Positions 1 to 13,627 of a stretch of DNA of 64,000 nucleotides are shown piece after piece (the first letter of the stretch is position 1; every line of letters begins with the position of its first letter). A program made the translations under genes and the position numbers. The DNA comes from Squalus acanthias (taxonomy: Eukaryota): positions 52,268,001 to 52,332,000 of the forward strand of contig CM059432.1 in assembly GCA_030390025.1 (NCBI GenBank), read 5' to 3'. The notes under the pieces are model-generated. The model was not told the DNA's origin and did not search any database. It saw nothing but the letters and a program-made list of their open reading frames with translations.

Positions 1-2586
1 AATACAAACAAAATCAACATAAATGCTACATGGATGAATATCAGAAAGCAGATCATTCTAAATATAGCAAGTCCAGCCACTTCCTTGTAAACAGAATAAA
101 CACACTAAAAAGTTAATTCTGCAATTCCCCACTCGCAACGAGTATGAGTCAGAGAATTGGGTCATGTGTTGCAACCCTATTTCCGACCCTCATTCATTTA
201 GAGCACAGCTTCCCCCACCCACCCCAGGAGTGCGCAATTAATCTTTAACCCATTAAGAAAACATACAGCTAAAATACAATTGAAATCAAATTCAGCCACC
301 CAGCTGATGCCACATTTATAATGTAGCACTGCTGTTGAAACCAGTCCCACCCCACCTATGGCAATAGTTCTACAAGATAAACAAGATCATAGAGATACCT
401 GGAAAACAGATGCTGTTTCTACCCCCTGCCCCACTCTGCCAGTGCCAAACAACTGCCACTGGATACCATGGGCCAAACTAAACTCTCAGCCTAATGATAC
501 AGACCAGAAGTAGTGATTTCACATTACTTGCTTGTACAAAACCCTTGACATCAGGGGGATTCACAGCCAGAAACCTGAGGACACAGCTGCAATTTTAAAC
601 AAGTGCACATATGAACTGGGTGGAGCAATTGCCTTTCACCTCTGCGACCTGACCAGCGGAATGACGGTTTCCTCATCTCTAATAGTTACAACTATATGAA
701 TTGAATTTGGATGGGAGGTGTGGGAAATAGAAAAATGCCACATTTATGTAGCAGGGACTACTAAGACACATTGTTGATGCAGGGTAGATGGAGCTTTAGT
801 CTGTAACTGAATGTGCTATACTTGACCCAGGAGTGCTTGATGTTGACAAGGCATCTGAAATAGGAAGAGTTCCATTCCCCAGTACTAAAACCCTTCAAAA
901 AAATTTTTTTTTTTAAAGTTTCAATAGTAATTTTCAATGGGGAATTGGATATTTACTTGAAATGGGAAAGAAAATGCAGGGGTGTGAAGAAAGAGCGGGA
1001 CAATTGGATAGCTCTTTCAAAGAGCCGGCACAGGCATGATGGGCCGAATAGCCTCTTTCTGTGTTGCTAGATTCTGTAACCCAACCACACATTTTAGCAA
1101 CCAGTTTTAAAATTTTAGAATTTTAAAAAATCCCCAGCTGCACATTGCATCACTCTGCTTGTGTAAGCTTTGTCTTTTGATGTTTTTTTAAAATAATGAT
1201 TTAAAAAAAGATAAAAGATCTACATTTAGCATTTTCACTGTAATGAAAGGTGATTTCATTCTCCCCTGCTGAAAACAATTGCTTGCTCTCATCTGTACCA
1301 TTCAGATACATTCTGAAGAGTTTAGATACACGCAGGATGCTTTATGAGAATGCTTGGAATGAGGTCACTCTGTACTCATCACTCAAACAGTTTGATATAA
1401 AACATGTGAAGCTGGTCTTGATCTAAAGTGTACTATAATACTCTACTGTACATTGGGAGGTCCAAATTGCCCAGAATCTGACCTCCACATGCAACATAAT
1501 CCATCTGAATTACAGACCCTACATCACTGTACTGTCAACCAGACTCACCTTAGGGAATGGTTTCATGCAGACATCAATTCAAACAGCTATTAAAAACGCT
1601 CAGTTCACTGGAAGTTTCAATAATCCATATTCAGCACTTAACAACACGCGGTTTCAGTATAACAGAAGTACAGAAAACATTTATTTTTGCAGTCTTTGAT
1701 GGTTTCAGCTATTAAAAATCACACTCCTTTTCCTTGGGCTCCTCTCATTAGGCACTTTTACACTGGCACTTGGGGTGCTCAGTAACAGCAGTGCTCAAGC
1801 AGAGACATGTGACCTTCAAGGGTCAACTTCCCCTCTTTACTGAATTAGTATGCTTGGCCCCATTAGAAGACCAAAAGAAAGAGGCTTTTGTTTTCCACAC
1901 CCTATTCTTAGGACTCTGGAAAAGTAGGAGGCGTGAATTTATTTATTTATTTATAGTATGGTCTACAGTCAGTAACTGCAGTACAGTAGCACTGCTGCCA
2001 CACCGAGAGCACAGTATTGATGTAGAAGTGCCTATAGATAATGCAGACTGCCCTATACACTTCAGTCAGTTGAATATCAACACTGCATTTCATGCATCAC
2101 AAGTAAACCTGATTGAACCCTCACAATGCTATAGGGCGTCTGCAAAATTCTCAATCCAGCCGTACTGCTGCAGCATTTTGTTTCACCACCAAGCAGTTCA
2201 AATGCCTTTCTGTCCAGGGCTTGAGGGACATGATTATAACACAACGTGGAGCCATGACCTTCTAATGCTTCCTCTGGCTGTGTGGCATTGAAGCTAGCAT
2301 TTCCAGCAAAATATTCAACCAACTTTACTTTTATGTAACACAGATGAAAAATAATTTATTTCATGTATCATGAGTGTTTTTTTTCACCTTCACGTGTATA
2401 TACCTCAAAATATATCATGGATATTCTAAATATATCATGGATATTCTATAAGCATGTACACTTGGGAGAAGCTTCCCTGTTGACTCAGTGGGTCAAAGTA
2501 TTATCCACTGCAGAACTGATCACTACAGACCAGGATTCTCCAAGGTTTCAATCATTGTCTGTGCAGAGGACACTAATAGGCACCTA

Positions 2587-2588
2587 TA

Positions 2589-2631
<43 letters not shown>
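2587..2631. repeat. (TA)n microsatellite
   Basis: Direct observation. Confidence 0.95.
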
Positions 2632-2637
<6 letters not shown>

Positions 2638-3221
2638 AGATATTTAATTTAATAAGAAACTGACTTCTGTACAACAATGAAACTAGGAAATTGTTCTGTA
2701 ACTTTTTTTTTTAAAGTCATTTTCAGTTATTTAAAAACAGGTTTCTCACAGGTGAGACACTGATTAAAAATGCTTATTTTTGGTGATAAACCCATTTTCA
2801 GCTGTATTAATAAGACTGCACCAGGTTACCACTCTTAAATACATCAAGGAATATTTTTTTAATGCAAGAATAAAAAGCAAATAAGTTCTAAAATGCTGCC
2901 CCGCTTGTGCTGGTTCACGAAAGATTTTACGTTTGGTGATGTGCAAACTTGTGCAAAAATTTCAATTCAGAAAACTAGCGCAATTTGCGCTCGGATTGCA
3001 GATTGCGCCCAAAGCAGAAACTGTACCCCATGATGTTTAAGACTTATCACGTGATACATGAAAGAACCTACAGTACAGTACTGACAGCACGTAATCCAGG
3101 TCAACATTTTGGTGTAGGACTGAAGTGCGAAACATAGTCTTCATCAGTCCATTTAGGTGGATTTAAAAGATTCCTTGGCACTATTCAAAGATGAACAGAG
3201 TTCTGTGTCCTGGCCGCCACC

Positions 3222-3650
3222 GACAACAACATGTATTTATATAGCGCCTTTAACGCAGTAAAACATCCCAAGGCGCTTCACGGGAGCGTTATCAAACAAA
3301 ATTTGACACTGAGCCACATAAGGAGATATTAGGGAAGATGACCAAAAGCTTGGTCAAAAAGGTAGGTTTTAAGGAGCGTCTTAAAGGAGGAAAGAGATGT
3401 GGAGGGTTTAGGGAGGGAATTCTACAGCTTAGGGCCTTGGCAACTGAAGGCACGGCCGCCAATGGTGGAGCGATTGAAATCAGGAATGCTCAAGAGGGCA
3501 GAATTAGAGGAGCACAGAGGGTTGTGGGGCTGGAGGAGATTACAAAGATAGGGAGTGGCGAGGCCATGGAGGGATTTTAAAACAAGGGTGAGAATTTTTA
3601 AATCGAGACGTTGCTTAACCGGGAGCCAATGTAGGTCAGCGAGCACAACA
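3222..3650 (-). mobile_element. L2-type LINE 3' fragment
   Basis: Minus ORF LADLHWLPVKQRLDLKIL...GGRAFS...PKLW typical of the L2 ORF2 C-terminus, ending in a (gtt)n tail. The same family recurs at 52.3, 57.4, 59.0, 60.3 and 62.4 kb. Confidence 0.8.
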
Positions 3651-4069
3651 ACGCCTTCAAACACCACCAGTGAAAGTGATCAATTATCTCATTTACCAGT
3701 TGTGGAACCTTGCTGCATGCTAATTAGCTCCCTTAATTTCCTACATCACAATAACTATATTTAAAGGTAATTCATTATATAGGAAGCATTTGGGATGTGA
3801 TAAGGCACTATATAAATGATAAATGAATCCCGAAGATATTTTATGGTGCATTGACAACTGGGAAGCGATTTCATGGTAGTCAGCATACATATCGTGTTTA
3901 TATACAGAACCAACTTCCTGCATACCATGTGCCTACTGCTTTACAACTTCTGCCAAGTTTGTTAAAAACAATTTACTTACTTTCCTTCTCTGCACACTGG
4001 TTTCAGATGAGTAAATAAACTCAAATATTGCACCTTTTACAAATAGGCTTTACACCCAACACATCGATT

Positions 4070-4410
4070 AACAATGCACTGCAGCAACTTGCCAAGGCTT
4101 CTTCGACAGCACCTCCCAAACCCGCGACCTCTACCACCTAGAAGGACAAGGGCAGCAGGCGCATGGGAACACCACCACCTCCAAGTCTCACACCATCCCG
4201 ACTTGGAAATATATTGCCGTTCCTTCATCGTCGCTGGGTCAAAATCCTGGAACTCCCTCCCTAACAGCACTGTAGGAGTACCTTCACTACACGGACTGCA
4301 GCAGTTCAAGGCGACTCACCACCACCTTCTCAAGGGCAATTAGGGATGGGCAATAAATGCTGGCCTTGCCAGAAACACCCACATCCCATGTACGAACAAA
4401 AAAAAAAAAT
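4070..4410 (+). mobile_element. Non-LTR retrotransposon 3' fragment (CR1-clade-like) with poly-A tail
   Basis: FIVAGSKSWNSLP motif, aataaa followed by an A-run; homologous to 5450-5760. Confidence 0.65.
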
Positions 4411-4779
4411 GGCCTTTACCAGATCATTTTTAATTTCAACATCTCTTAACAAGTGTTTATTCGAAGACATGCTGCAATTCTACAGAGTTAACAAAAGAAA
4501 CTGATTTCATTGTTACAAGACTTTTCCCCTTTACTATCACAAAGTAGCTTTATTATAGTATATAAAGAGAATACTTCACAACAAACTACCATTATACAAG
4601 CAAAATTGATGAAAAACACACAAATAAAAGTTGAAAGTCTGCATGATGTCCAACTGGTTGATGAGCTGTTTGAACACTGTATCACACCATTAGACAGAAT
4701 ACTCCCTTTACATACAATTAAAATTCATCAATTTCACTGCATAATTTTTGGTAATTATTTTAGTGTGGTATTCCCAGCA

Positions 4780-5765
4780 GAGACAAGAGCAAATGGTCAT
4801 GGTTGTTGGAGACCAATCATCACAGCCCCAGGACATCGCTGCTGAAGTTCCTCACGGCCGTACCCTTGGCTCAACCACCTTCAGCTGCATCATCAAGGAC
4901 CTGCCCTCTTGTCATAGGGTCAGGAGTGGGCCTGTTCACTGAGGGCTCTGCAGTGTTCAGCTCCATTCACAACTCCTCTGACAATGCAGCAGCCCATGCC
5001 AACCTACACTAGGGCCTGGACAACCTCTAGACTTTGGCTGGCAATAGGTCAGGCAACATTTATGTTACATATATCCCAAGGAACAACCAAGGTGAACATA
5101 CCACCCCCCACCCCACGATCTTCAGCAACACCACCATTGCTGATTTCCCTCATCATTAACATCTACGGGGCATGGGAAAGAGGTCACCATTGACCAGAAT
5201 TTTAACTGAATGAGTCAGATCAACATTGTGGCCACTCTTGGTGTCTCACCTTCTGACCACCCAATGCCTCTCCAACATCTACAAGGCTCAAGTCAGGAGT
5301 GTGATAGAATGATACAATACTCACCACTCACCTGGATGCAATTACAACACTCAAGAAGCTCAACACCATCCAGGAAAAAACAAGTCTGCTTAATTGGCAC
5401 TGGATTCAGCAACCACTTGTTCCATCATTGATGCACTATGGCTGCTGCAACTCACAATCCTTACTTTAACTGAACCTCTCAGTCCAGCCTCCTCTATCAC
5501 CAAGAAGCACAAGAGCAGCAACATCATAGGATCATGATCTGCAAGTTTCCCTTCAAGTCACTAACCAAGCTGACTTGGACATATACCACCACTGCTCATC
5601 ATCATCACTGGGTTGAAATCCTGGAATTTCTTACCTAACTCCATTGTGATAGCACAATCACCATAAGGGCTCAGTGGTTCAAGGAGAAGGCACACCACCA
5701 CCTTTTCAGGGCAACTAGGATGGGCAATAAATGTGACCTTGCCCGCAGTGGCTACATCATGATGT
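4780..5765 (+). mobile_element. Decayed LINE RT 3' half (same family as 4070-4410)
   Basis: Degenerate VPQGSxLGP...INDLP...FADD motifs (EVPHGRTLGSTTFSCIIKDLP, GLFTEGS); 3' end matches 4070-4410. Confidence 0.65.
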
Positions 5766-6427
5766 CCAATTTGTTAAAAAAGCAACTGGCACAATCAATT
5801 AATTCCCCTCCCCCGCCACTTAGTTGTGGGGCTCCTATTTGTCTGTTAAGTGAGACCCCAAGCATATCTATATTTTGGCAATTTATAAAAAGTTTCAAAC
5901 CCTCCCTAGACCAGTGTGTGGTGTGATTAGCTGAGCAGTCAAGTGTGAGACAATAGCTAACTATTCTCAGCATCAGCAGACAATTAAGTGACATTGCAGA
6001 ACACAAGATCATCTAAAATGCTCAAATACATTTAAAGTCCAAGAGAATAACAAAACAAAGACTGATTGCAAGGTTTCAGAGAGAACAGTAAATGTGTGAT
6101 TTGATCTGTATCACTGAATTCGAGAAGTGGTGACTGCCCCTCAGCCTCCTGTCTGGGTTTTAACTGCTGCAATTCCACAGTCTACTACTATCAGCTGACA
6201 TCAACAATTCATAGAATAGCAGCTCCAGCATTGGGTGGACATAAAAATTGGATTTTGTAGCCAACTGTTCATTGTCAATAGCTGTGATGGGCATAAAACA
6301 TTACCTTCATATATAACGTATATATTACGGGTAAATCTATATTGCCAAGTCTTGGTTGAAGCTTTTGTGGTCGTACAACCACCAGCGACTTTCTACAGCT
6401 TGTCCGGAAGTGCTTTGACTCACTCAC

Positions 6428-6645
6428 CTGCAGCACAGATAGCTGTGCCTGCCTCGACAGTTGGGTTTTCTCCTGTTCAGACGGATATGCCTTATAGCGA
6501 TGCTCGTACAGCCAGTCCCGCAGGATCCGCACAGACTCCTTGGGCAGGTTCCCCCGTCTCCGCCGCTTCCCTGAATGAGAGAGGTCGAGAGGTACCTCCA
6601 GACTCTCGTCCTCGTCAGTCTCGCTGCCGCACACCGGCCCCATCG
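6428..6645 (-). CDS. TGIF1: TGIF1-like homeobox gene, second coding exon (CtBP-binding PLDLS motif + N-terminal part of TALE homeodomain)
   Basis: Acceptor ctcttactcaatcgcag|CG and donor CAG|gtgagt. Translation [67 protein letters not shown]. 16+218 nt = 78 codons, ending in phase 0 before the expected VCNWFINARRR exon, which I did not find in the window. Exact paralog identity is uncertain. Confidence 0.9.
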
Positions 6646-8776
6646 CTGCGATTGAGTAAGAGGTGTTAAAATGACACGCTGGTATGAATGGAGAAACCAG
6701 ATCAATAGGGACCGGCCTTGCAGCACTGCCCCGGCACGTATACCCTTAACACATTCATTGCCTCGCTGTCAGCTTCGTGTCTACACTTGCATGGTCTCTA
6801 GCTGCAGCAGTTTTAATCCTGGATGTTACACGGCTCATTTTCACATATATTAAATATTTAAATAAAAAAAATGTTTGTCCCATTTGAAGAGATTTTATCC
6901 CAGTGAATTTTCTCTAGAAAATTATTTTGATTTAGCTCCACTTGGCCTCCTACCCGGGACCCTACTTAGCGAGGGGAGGGATCTGATCACAGATCTAGTG
7001 GGGTTGCTCAGTGCTTATGATTTGGGAAAATCCAAGTTTTGTAAACAAGAACAAATTATACAATTCAGAGTATTAAAAAAAAACTTCTAACAAGCTTGAA
7101 TTGTTCATGACCGAGAGGCGGTAATGTTTCAAGCATAGCCGTCCCTCGCTGTCCTCAAACTACCTCATTAACCTCACAGACTTTTCAATCAACCAGCCCA
7201 TTCTCAGACAAATCCGCTACAACTCGGCCCCTGTTCAGGGAAACCTCTGGTTGGCTGAGTTTGAATTTATGAACCCGATCGGACTGTCAGTTTGTAAAGT
7301 GATACCTGCTCTTTTCCAGCACTTACAGCAGCCATTATCTGCTTGACCCAGAACAAAAGAACAGAAATCACCCAAAATAACTCAAGTGCTTCTCAACTCC
7401 GTTTAAGCACCGAGTCCCAAAAGAAACGGGACCCAATTGTAAAGCGAGATTGGTTCTGTAGTATCTCACATTCTGCCTGGTTTGTTTTGAAAATCAAATA
7501 TTTTGTCCTCGCCAAACACGTGCTGCTAACTTCTTGAGTCCCATTAAATGGAAACATGGATTCAAATTATTTAAGCAACAGCCATCCTGACTTGGGAGGC
7601 TGTCCTCGTTAAGAATCTCAGTCTGCGGTAGTGGTAAACGATTAAAAGTGAGTTAAAAGACTTCAAAAGTTACTTGAGTTTGATTCCTTCAACACAGATA
7701 AAAAGGAGCAAAGGATCCTTGCTATAATCTGTATCAACAGGATCTGAAAGCGCCTCACGTTACCCAGCACCTTGTAAATGACAATTTCGCTAATATATAA
7801 AAACACTAAATGACTAATGAAACAGACAGCAAAGATAGTGCGCACTGGGACCTGTCACAAACATTCTTCTACTTGGCTTTAGTTCAAGGGAAGGAGGGGG
7901 AAGGGAGTGAAAAACTTTACATTCCAGCATATCCCAACACAGGGAAATCATCCTCCAGAAACCAAGCCACAAAACTAACTCGATGGACCCGATCCGACAG
8001 GATTCGGAACACACTCTACAAAATGGTAACTCTATACTTGTCGGTGTCGAGTCCTTTGAAATTCCATGTCCGGCGACTTTAATTGAGCAAATGGACGGGA
8101 AAACACAAAAGTACGTTCTGCACGGCTGGGTGTTTAATAAGTGGCGGTTTTGCGGACCAACAGAAAATAACCGTCCCTGTAAATCATTCCACACATTCCG
8201 CCCACATATCATGGGGAGTTTTTAAGTTTATTTTTTTTAAATCATCGGGTCATTCGAAAAAATACATCAATGAGTATGTCTGAGCTCACTCTGCCTTTCA
8301 AATCAATAGGAAACCCCCCAAACAGCTCGAAGCGCCTGAGATCCATTGTATCCAAGTCACTTTTCAGAAACTTTTTAAACAAGGAAAACCAGCTGCAGAC
8401 GGGAAAGCACAATTAAACTTTTCAATTTAAACCCCGTCGTGAGAAACTTCAAACCGATCTTAAACGTTTTGTACAAAGAAACGCGAGCTTTGTCACAGGA
8501 AAACTTTTTTCCACGAGGTGAGAGCCCAAACAAAGCCTTTAAACTCTCAGCACCCACCTCTTTCCAAAAGGCACTTTTCCTATTTCCCCTCAGCAGTCCA
8601 TCGATCGTCCCCCAGCCCCTCTCCAAATCCATTGACAAAACAAAATGGATTAAAAATAAAATGCTAAATTAAACAAAAAAAAAACCCAGACAGAAGACGC
8701 AGAGTTCAAGAAGGCCACTGAACACGATTTGACAACGTGCCAGCAGCATGGAGGGAGCAACATTGCTTTCACCTAC

Positions 8777-8792
8777 CTTTCTTCGCTTTCAT
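8777..8792 (-). CDS. TGIF1: TGIF1-like homeobox gene, first coding exon (MKAKK + 1 nt)
   Basis: Minus strand reads ATG AAA GCG AAG AAA G|gtaggt. This matches the short MKGKKG first exon of vertebrate TGIF1. The phase-1 donor joins in frame to the exon at 6645. Confidence 0.8.
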
Positions 8793-9400
8793 CCTGCTCC
8801 AGAAATGTGTCTCCAGGCACTCCAGCGAGATCCAGAGGGGTGGGGAGGAGAGGAGGAAACGACCAACAAATCAAAACGAGCTTTTCGAATCTGTTTTCAG
8901 ATTTATTTTTTAAAAACCGAAGAAGCAAGTCGGGAAGAGGAAAGCTTTTTTATATATATATAAATGCCAACTTCTTGTGACTGCGCGGCCGCAGTGTTGT
9001 GTGTTGTGAGCGGACGGTGAGTGCTCTCCGCTCGCTCTGCCCCAACGTGTTGCTCGCTGGAGGATTCAAACAAAAGGTAAACACATCACTGCTACCTGGC
9101 GCTCGGAACTAGTCGGGTGGGATCGGATCGCCTCACTCACTGCCTCCTCAGGAGCTGACAGCTCTCTCTGACAGCTGCTGCCTCAGTCCTGGATCCGCCC
9201 CTCAAACCACCGGGGGGGGGGGGGGGGGAAGAGAGAAAAAATCCCCTCTCTGACATCAGCATAAACCCATTCAAAAAAAGTTTACTATTTGCATACAGCA
9301 AGGGAATCCAATCCAGACTTCTGTTAGTACTTAAAAAAAAGTTTTTTATATATATACAAAATAAATTTGACACTAAGTGTTTCGTCGTTTCTGGAGCTCG
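8793..9400 (-). promoter_or_regulatory. TGIF-like promoter/5' UTR region with two TATA-like tracts and a candidate non-coding alternative first exon
   Basis: CpG-enriched, repeat-free sequence upstream of the ATG. Minus-strand TATATAAAAA tracts at ~8946-8962 and ~9342-9356; a gtgagt donor after 9141. Confidence 0.55.
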
Positions 9401-11455
9401 TTACAAGTAAATCAAATGAAACTGTTTATAATTGAAGTGGTTGTTGTTTCTTTGTGCTCTGCTGGTTAATATCCGGTGAAAGCAATGTGGCGAGACGCTT
9501 TGATGACGGTTGGTAGACCTCCCCCATGGAGCAGTGAAAAGAGATCAGTTTTTTTTAAACTGTTTTATTTTAAACTGCTGGGTTAAACATTAAACGTTGC
9601 AGCACCGCCAACGCTCCATGATAGAGCAGATCTTATTGTTTTAATTTAAAACAAATAATTGTTTTTTTTTAAAGTTTACAGCATATATTTTTGCTTCACT
9701 TCCGCACTCGGCTGCTCTTTTGTTTCCACATGTTGGACTGCTTGTACTTTGTGGTCCGCTGATCCACAAGTTAATCCAAATAGTTTCCAAACTTTTTTTT
9801 TAACTTCCACACACAGGATGCCTTTGACCGATCATTAAAGTAAAAACCGCGGATGTCGCTTGACAAACGTTGCCTTAATTTTCGGCGTAAAAGGATTTTT
9901 AAAACGTGCCAATTAACCAATAACACGACTGTGTATAGAATCATGGCAGGATCACCCCACCACATGGAGAGTGAGGGAGTGAATCCATCTGTTTGGCAAT
10001 AAAATGTCCTAGAGTCTACACATTCAGCAATGGGCTCTGCTGGGTTTTTTTTTAAAAGCATTAGTGGGGCAATCCTCAAGAAGTCATTTATCGTTTCAAC
10101 AACTTCTTAAAAACGTTAACCAAGACAGGACAACATTTTGGGTTTTAACCAGATCTCCCTATTACTTTTCGAGGACGCATTATGATTTTTTTAAAAACTT
10201 AATCCAACCAACCTGCATTTTTTTCTGACCAACTAATTAAAGAGAAATCAGTTCAAATCAGGGGTGGAGAGAAAGAGAGGTTAGTTTGTAAAAGGCAAGA
10301 TACACCTTTAACCATAACTGGTTTGTAAAACGGCTTGATGACAATAAAACCGGTTTGCATTAACCAATTCATGTAATTTGTGACTGAATGGCTCCTGGAT
10401 GGGAGCCTTGTTATCTTGCCCCATACAAGCGATTGTAAGAGTTGAGAATGCCCATAGAGAAGGAGCCGGCAGTGAGGTGCTTGATCCTATTGTTCTGTGA
10501 AAATTAGGTTGTTTGCAACAATTGTCACACCTTCAGCAGTAGCTCTCAAGCAGAATGAGAGCTGTTAACACATTACTGTTACATCAATTGTACTGACAAA
10601 GTGTCGCTTATTTAAACATTCTCTGACAAACGGTTCAAAGTTACAAACATTCAAAAGAGACGGGCAAAATGCATTGATTGGCATGACGCTAAATCATACA
10701 GGCCAGAAAATCTCAGGTTTAAATGACATGCTTTTGGCTGGGAGGTTTATAATTAGTTTGAGTGTCTTCCGGCACGGACACGATGGGCCGAATGGCCTCC
10801 TTCTGTGTCGTAAATTTCTAAAATGCGAATAAAAAAATCTACTATAGTTCCTGCTCCTAATCCCTGGGTTGTGATACAAATAAAGGATGGCTATTTGGGC
10901 AAAGTGCTGGAAAACTGCCAGTATCCCTGGAACTGTATCAAAACAAGAATGTTTTCAGGAGAGGAGGGAAAAATGGGAAGAAAATTGTGAAAAAGCTAGT
11001 AGAGTACAACAAAAACAGATTAATCTTTAAATTTTTAGAGACAAATCCTAAAACATACCCATCTTTGAAAATGTAACATTACTATAGCTCCTTTGGAAAA
11101 AAACTTTTAGGAATACAATTTTTGTAATATTTCAAAGGACACACATTTTTCCTTTAATTCTACTTAGTTAAAAGTTTTAAATTTTATTGCATTATCATTT
11201 ATTTTAAAGTTTTGGGGTATCTTTTAAGACCTGATTAGCACCTTTACGGTTCTGTGGAGCACAATTACTAAAAGCATCAACAGTGTATATACACTGAAGA
11301 AAAAAACCTTCCTCAAAAGTTTGAACAAGTTCATTGATAACTTGTGAGCTTTTCTAGATCGTGGCAGAGCCATGTAGACCAGGCAGGTTGTAGGTTCAAT
11401 ACATGGCTGTGCTGAGTTAGCTGATCGGTAGGAGCACTACAATTAATCTCAGCAG

Positions 11456-11665
11456 TAGGATTGCCAACTCTGGTTGGATGTATTCTTGGAGGTTTCATCA
11501 CATGACCTCCCACCTCCAACTGTGTTGCTTAAGAACTTATTGCATGCTGGATCTGCACGGGCTCTCCACTGGGAGCACCGACCCTTGTGTGACTTCCTGG
11601 AGACCCACTGGTTGGATGAGCAAGTGGGGATGGTCGCCGACTTGGGGAGACTGGGAAGCCCCTGA
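11456..11665. mobile_element. Possible old hAT-type MITE
   Basis: Starts taggattgccaac, resembling TAGGGTTGCCAAC terminal repeats; the opposite end is degenerate. Confidence 0.3.
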
Positions 11666-12019
11666 GAATGGTGTGGGAGAGAACCTGTTTGACAAACTCA
11701 CTCTGGGAGAGAGCGATTAAAGTGACTACTGGGATCAAGCTTATTGTGGTTAGTACTCATGTTTATATAATTGTGTGTGAGACCCCTGCCTAGTAGGGAA
11801 TGATGGCTTGTGACTTTGTACCAAGAGCCGAGACCTGGGCTCTGTAATGTCATTAACTGTAAATAAATTGTTCAATTTTAAATTAAAAAAAAGAACTTAT
11901 TACAGACTGCTGTTAGTATTTTACACTCACTGATGAGGGCTATGTTCAGCACTGTGGAACCCTCCTTTTGTGAGGTGGCTTATTTGGAGGTAATGGATGA
12001 GAAACAATGCATTTAAAAT

Positions 12020-13627
12020 AAAAAGAGGAGATATATTAAATAAACTAATCAAACTCAAAGAGGGAAAAAAAACCCTGGTCCGGATGGATCACATCTGTGC
12101 ATTTTAAAAGAATCTAGGGAAGAGATAGCAGAGGCATTACTACACACATTTAATAATTCGTTAGAAAAGGTGTAGTACCAGGGGACTGGCGGATAGCTAA
12201 TGTAATATCTATATTTAAGAAGGGAGGTAGAACATGTCCAGGGAACTATAGACCAGTCAGCTTAACATCGGTGGTAGGAAAAATAATGGAATCCCTACTA
12301 AAGGAGAAAATAGAAGAACATCTAGAAGCCAAAAAATATAAAAATGAATAGTCAGCCTGGATTTCAAAAGGGAGAGTCTTGCTTGACCAACCTCATTGAA
12401 TTTTTTGAAGAGGTAACAGAGAGAGTAGACATGAGTAATGTAGTAGATGTAATTTACCTAGATTTTCAAAAGGTCTTCGATAAGGTACCACATAATAGAC
12501 TAATGAATAAGGTCAGAGAGTGTGGAGTCAGGGGACAAGTAGCAGATTGGATAGCTAACTGGCTTCAAGACAGAAAGCAGAGAGTAAGGTTAAAGGGTAG
12601 CTATTCACAGTGGCAGAAGGCGGGTAGTGGTGACCACTGTTGTTCACAATTTATATTAACGATTTAGACTTTGGAATCCAAAACACAATTTCTAAATTTG
12701 CGGATGACACCAAATTGGGGGGGGGGGGAGATAGTCAATGCTGAGGAGGAATGCAACAAATTACAGGAGGACATTAATAAACTTGCAGAATGGGCATATA
12801 ATTGGCAAATGAATTTCAACACAGATAAATGTGAGGTATTACATTTTGGTAGGAAGAATAGGGAGGTCACTTATTACTTGGAGGGTGTGAATCCGGGTGG
12901 GGTAGAGGAGTACAGGGATCTCAAGAGTACAAATACACAAATCACTAAAAGTAGTGATGCAGGTTAACAAGGCCATAAAAAAACAAACAAAGCACTAGGG
13001 TTTATTTCTAGAGGGATAGAATTGAAAAGTAGTGAAGTTATGCTAAACTTGTATCGAACCTTGGTTAGACCATACTTGGAGTACTGTGTACAATTCTGGT
13101 CACCATATTATATAAAGGACATAGAGGCACTGGAGAGGGTGCAGAGAAGATTTACAAGGATGATACCAGAAATGCAAGGGTATACCTGTCAGGAAAGGAT
13201 GAACAGGCTGGGTCTCTTTTCGCTTGACAAAAGAAGGCTGAGGGGTGACCTAATGGAGGTCTTTAAAATTATGAAAGGTTTTGAATGAGTAGATACAGAG
13301 AGAATGTTTCTACTTGTGGGGAAGAGCAAAACTAGAGGCCATCAATATAAGATAGTTACCAACAAATCAAATAGGGAATTCAGAAGAAACTTCTTTACCC
13401 AGAGAGTGGTGAGAATGTGGAACTCGCTACCACAGGGAGTGGTTGAGGCAAATAGTATAGATGCATTTAAGAGGAGGCTAGACAAGCATATGAGGGAGAT
13501 GGGAATAGAGGGTTATGCTGATAGAGTTAGATGAGGAAAGACGGGAGTAGGTTCGAGTGGAGCATAAACGCTGGCATGGACTGGTTGGGCCGCATGGCCT
13601 GATTCTGTGCCGTATATCCTATGTAAT
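12020..13627 (+). mobile_element. CR1 LINE, 5'-truncated, frameshifted RT
   Basis: PGPDG, YRPVSLTSVVGK, LDFQKVFDKVPH, KFADDT, LYRTLVRPYLEYCVQFWSP motifs; short tandem 3' tail. Confidence 0.92.

Noticed and set aside
1770..2322. 173-aa plus ORF and 81-aa minus ORF as possible TGIF last exon
   Set aside because: No VCNWFINARRR helix 3 or other recognisable similarity
6275..6427. ORF continuation VSESKHF... after the homeobox exon
   Set aside because: Intron read-through past a consensus donor at the conserved TGIF splice position
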